A stretch of DNA of 56,251 nucleotides from Parcubacteria group bacterium CG1_02_58_44 (GTDB lineage Bacteria > Patescibacteriota > Patescibacteriia > SG8-24). The notes under the pieces were generated by a model, which saw nothing but the letters and a program-made list of their open reading frames with translations, was not told the origin of the DNA and searched no databases. Below are positions 54,228 through 56,251 of this stretch, piece after piece; positions within the stretch are counted from its first letter, which is position 1, and every line of letters begins with the position of its first letter. Both the position numbers and the translations under genes were made by a program. Where the stretch lies: assembly GCA_001872545.1 (NCBI GenBank), contig MNWN01000036.1, positions 1 through 56,251 on the forward strand, read 5' to 3'.

Positions 54228-54702
54228 ATATAATAGCTTAAGGTCAAAAAATCCTGGCAGGGATGAACACTGGATTTTGGCAAACACCTGGCTTGAAAGA
54301 TATGGTAATTGGGAAGCATCGAAAAAAAAGGGTTCTGAATTGACTAGGTTTATCGCCTACAAGGATACTTTTCAGTTTTCACTTTTAGATAGTCCGAAGT
54401 CTATTCAAAGTTTGACACTTTATTTGATATACAAGGAATTAGGGGATAAGGAGGCTGAGGGCAATGAGAAAGAGTTTGGTGAATTAACGGAAGAAATACG
54501 ACAAGCACAAGATAACGGTACCTTATTAGAGGTTTATAAAAAGAAAAATCCATTTACTTGGAGTGAAATAGAGCGTGAGGGTAATGAGTCAATCTACGGG
54601 CTTTATGGTTTTTTAAAGGCTACAGATCATCTTAATAAAAATCCTGATGAGCGAGAACGAATAATGGAAGAACTTAAGAGATTAGACAATGAAGAAAGAT
54701 AA
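54202..54702 (+). CDS. AT-rich orphan ORF (foreign cargo); true start unclear
   Basis: 166-aa ORF. Its first ~9 codons are antisense to the integrase remnant. From ~54228 GC drops sharply (hand counts of three 60-nt lines give 45, 38 and 32 percent). K/E/N-rich, no family recognised. Confidence 0.45.
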   Translation: MWRSACQPIYNSLRSKNPGRDEHWILANTWLERYGNWEASKKKGSELTRFIAYKDTFQFSLLDSPKSIQSLTLYLIYKELGDKEAEGNEKEFGELTEEIRQAQDNGTLLEVYKKKNPFTWSEIEREGNESIYGLYGFLKATDHLNKNPDERERIMEELKRLDNEER

Positions 54703-54936
54703 ATAATCTTTGCCCGCCATCGTAAGGTGACGGGTTTTGCGTCGTGAATCCCAATTCTTGACTTGGGCTGGGGGAGCGTCATTTAAAAGACGTTTTAGGC
54801 TTGAGGTTTCTGCATACGGTTTAAAACCGTAAAAAACTTTAGGGCCCCCAGAACTTTTGTCTAATTGGCCTTGGGGGGGCGGTAAGGCATAGGTAGCCTG
54901 AATCTGCCCTGCCTGAGTATCCGTCCGTCACCTCCC

Positions 54937-54960
54937 CGGCAGTGTTGACCGCCAGTTGCC
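54937..54960 (+). repeat. Third, partial copy of the integrase-tail 28-mer
   Basis: CGGCAGTGTTGACCGCCAGTTGCC matches the copy A and copy B core at 23/24 positions. Confidence 0.6.
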
Positions 54961-55092
54961 CACGAAGTGACGAACGACGACAAAAGACTGCAGCCAGTGG
55001 TGGCCTACGGTAATCCGTTTCTTGCCTTACCCTAGCGAAGAAACTGCATTTCTCCGCTTAACTCCGCACAGTATCGTTTCCGGCGGTTATGC

Positions 55093-55238
55093 GGTTCGAA
55101 TCCCCCATGGGACTACCAACAGCACGTCTCCTCACGGAGGCGTGTTTTTGTTGATAGCCCAGCGAAGATTCGAGTCCCAGTCGTTCTTTATCTTGGCGTT
55201 CAAGGAAGGCTTTTCGGCAGTGTTGACCGCCTGTTGCC
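55093..55238 (+). repeat. att-type direct repeat, copy B (partial tRNA-Glu 3' end + terminator + integrase-tail remnant)
   Basis: See copy A. It contains only the T-arm and acceptor 3' part of the tRNA (GGTTCGAATCCCCCATGGGACTACCA) with a damaged T-stem. Confidence 0.85.
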
Positions 55239-55365
55239 AAGATTTTTTGTAAGGTTTTTGGACTGATCGCCAGTTGTGTTTACATGCGAAATGCCCTAAA
55301 ATATGTACATTTCATACCGTAAAGGATTGCTGTATCTTTCATCGATTTAAAAACCTCGCCGAGGT

Positions 55366-56037
55366 TTGCCTTCTTCCAATAGCTGTTTTGGTCCTTGTTT
55401 TTTTGCTCTCCCAAGTTACGCCTCTGCAGCCACTTACAATGTCGCTAAAACCGGTAACGACACCACCGGGAATGGTAGTGTGGAGAATCCATGGTTGACC
55501 CTCCAGCACGCGGAAGACACCGTCGTCGACGGCGATACCGTTCATGTCGGTGCGGGAATCTATACGGAGGACAGCATGACACACAGTTGGTACTCCCTTA
55601 AGGAGGTCAGTTGGATCGCCGACGGTGAGGTTGTCGTGCATGCCGTCGCTGCAGGGATCAGGGTTCTGTCCACCGGCGGAATTAAGGCGGCCAGTTTTGA
55701 TGGCTTTACGTTTGATGCCGATAACGACATTGACGGAGCGAAAAGCTATGCCGTAACTTTTTCTTCCAGTACAGCCAACAAGACTTTTTCTAACTGTATT
55801 TTTCGGGACGCAACCAGTGCCCTGATCAGCGGAACTTCTTTATCTAACATTGATATCGACAGCTCTACCTTCAACATGAATTCCGGCAGCGTTTCCGGAA
55901 TCAAGGGCTCTTACGCCGATTCGGTTTTTTCCGACAACACTTTTAATGCCACCGCCGGTTTGGCGACGGTCAGGATAAGCAGCGATGGCAACTCGGCTAC
56001 GTTTGACGGTAATACTTTTAGGGTCATGACTAGTTAA
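55366..56037 (+). CDS. Right-handed parallel beta-helix (pectate-lyase-fold, DUF1565-like) protein, C-terminally truncated by the IS
   Basis: YNVAKTGNDTTGNGSVENPWLTLQHAEDTVVDGDTVHVGAGIYTE is a typical N-terminal cap. The stop lies within 8 nt of the inward-facing transposase stop. It has a weak TTG start and is AT-richer than the core genome. Confidence 0.65.
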   Translation: MPSSNSCFGPCFFALPSYASAATYNVAKTGNDTTGNGSVENPWLTLQHAEDTVVDGDTVHVGAGIYTEDSMTHSWYSLKEVSWIADGEVVVHAVAAGIRVLSTGGIKAASFDGFTFDADNDIDGAKSYAVTFSSSTANKTFSNCIFRDATSALISGTSLSNIDIDSSTFNMNSGSVSGIKGSYADSVFSDNTFNATAGLATVRISSDGNSATFDGNTFRVMTS

Positions 56038-56251
56038 GAGGGTCCTTTCGCAAGATGTTGAGTAACTTTTTGTAGGTGTCTTCGTGTCGGTAATTGAACC
56101 TGAATTCGCATTCTTTCAGATGCAGGTAGAACAGATCCTTTCGGATGCCACGTCGTTTCATCAGCCGGGTCTTCGCCGTCCCCCAGAAGCTCTCGATGCC
56201 GTTAATATGCACGCCTGTTCCCGTGATGGCAAATTCATTTTCCCCGTGGTT
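56030..56251 (-). mobile_element. IS1595-family (ISXO2-like) transposase, C-terminal fragment entering from the right edge
   Basis: The minus-strand frame is open to the window end: ..NHGENEFAITGTGVHINGIESFWGTAKTRL...CEFRFNYRHED.. Stop at 56030-56032. Confidence 0.8.

Noticed and set aside
55040-55118. A second tRNA-Glu gene.
   Set aside because: Only the T-arm and acceptor 3' strand are present, with a damaged T-stem (GCGG versus CCCCC). No D-arm, anticodon arm or 5' acceptor strand can be folded upstream. It is an att remnant.
53889-55238. A diversity-generating retroelement TR/VR pair.
   Set aside because: Mismatches between the two copies are of all types (T/C, G/C, A/C, plus indels), not adenine-specific. 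There is no reverse transcriptase. The repeat contains a tRNA 3' end, as expected for att sites.
1-56251. The whole window as a composite transposon bounded by two inward-facing IS1595 elements.
   Set aside because: The interior is core housekeeping DNA (ribosomal proteins, murF, ftsI, pgi, metK). The two transposase tails are different sequences. IS copies at contig ends are the usual signature of assembly breaks.

Overview
This is a 56.3-kb, visibly GC-rich (roughly 60% by eye) bacterial window that looks like a whole metagenomic contig. Both edges end inside IS1595-family (ISXO2-like) transposase genes that point inward. Between them lies a compact, mostly housekeeping gene set using the standard genetic code: UvrD/PcrA-like helicase, metK, dus, a MacAB-like efflux operon, pgi, cyclophilin, xseA-xseB, archaeal-type pyrH, rplJ-rplL, three GT2 glycosyltransferases plus DUF4012 plus mreB, htrA, uppP, two NUDIX hydrolases, rarA and ftsI-murF. 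There are also many membrane-anchored orphan proteins. The 345-aa MetK, archaeal-type UMP kinase, mini TsaB-like protein and GT2/DUF4012 cluster suggest a reduced-genome Patescibacteria/CPR-like organism (inference). Two tRNAs (Pro-CGG, Glu-CUC) are each followed by AT-richer, decayed accessory DNA, and tRNA-Glu carries a tandem att/integrase-remnant scar. I found no rRNA, no CRISPR array and no intact recombinase. Four non-genic signals stand out. (1) A phased array of TTGTCATCCCGG units with embedded palindromes (23571-23787). (2) A 121-nt four-helix hairpin after mreB (40308-40438). (3) Two 82-nt direct repeats that evolve like paralogous 28-codon mini-ORFs (818-899 and 1423-1504). (4) A small hairpin element between those repeats whose ends resemble RNase P RNA termini (1319-1393). 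I could not identify a clear multi-gene novel system such as a defence operon; candidates are ranked honestly in the findings.
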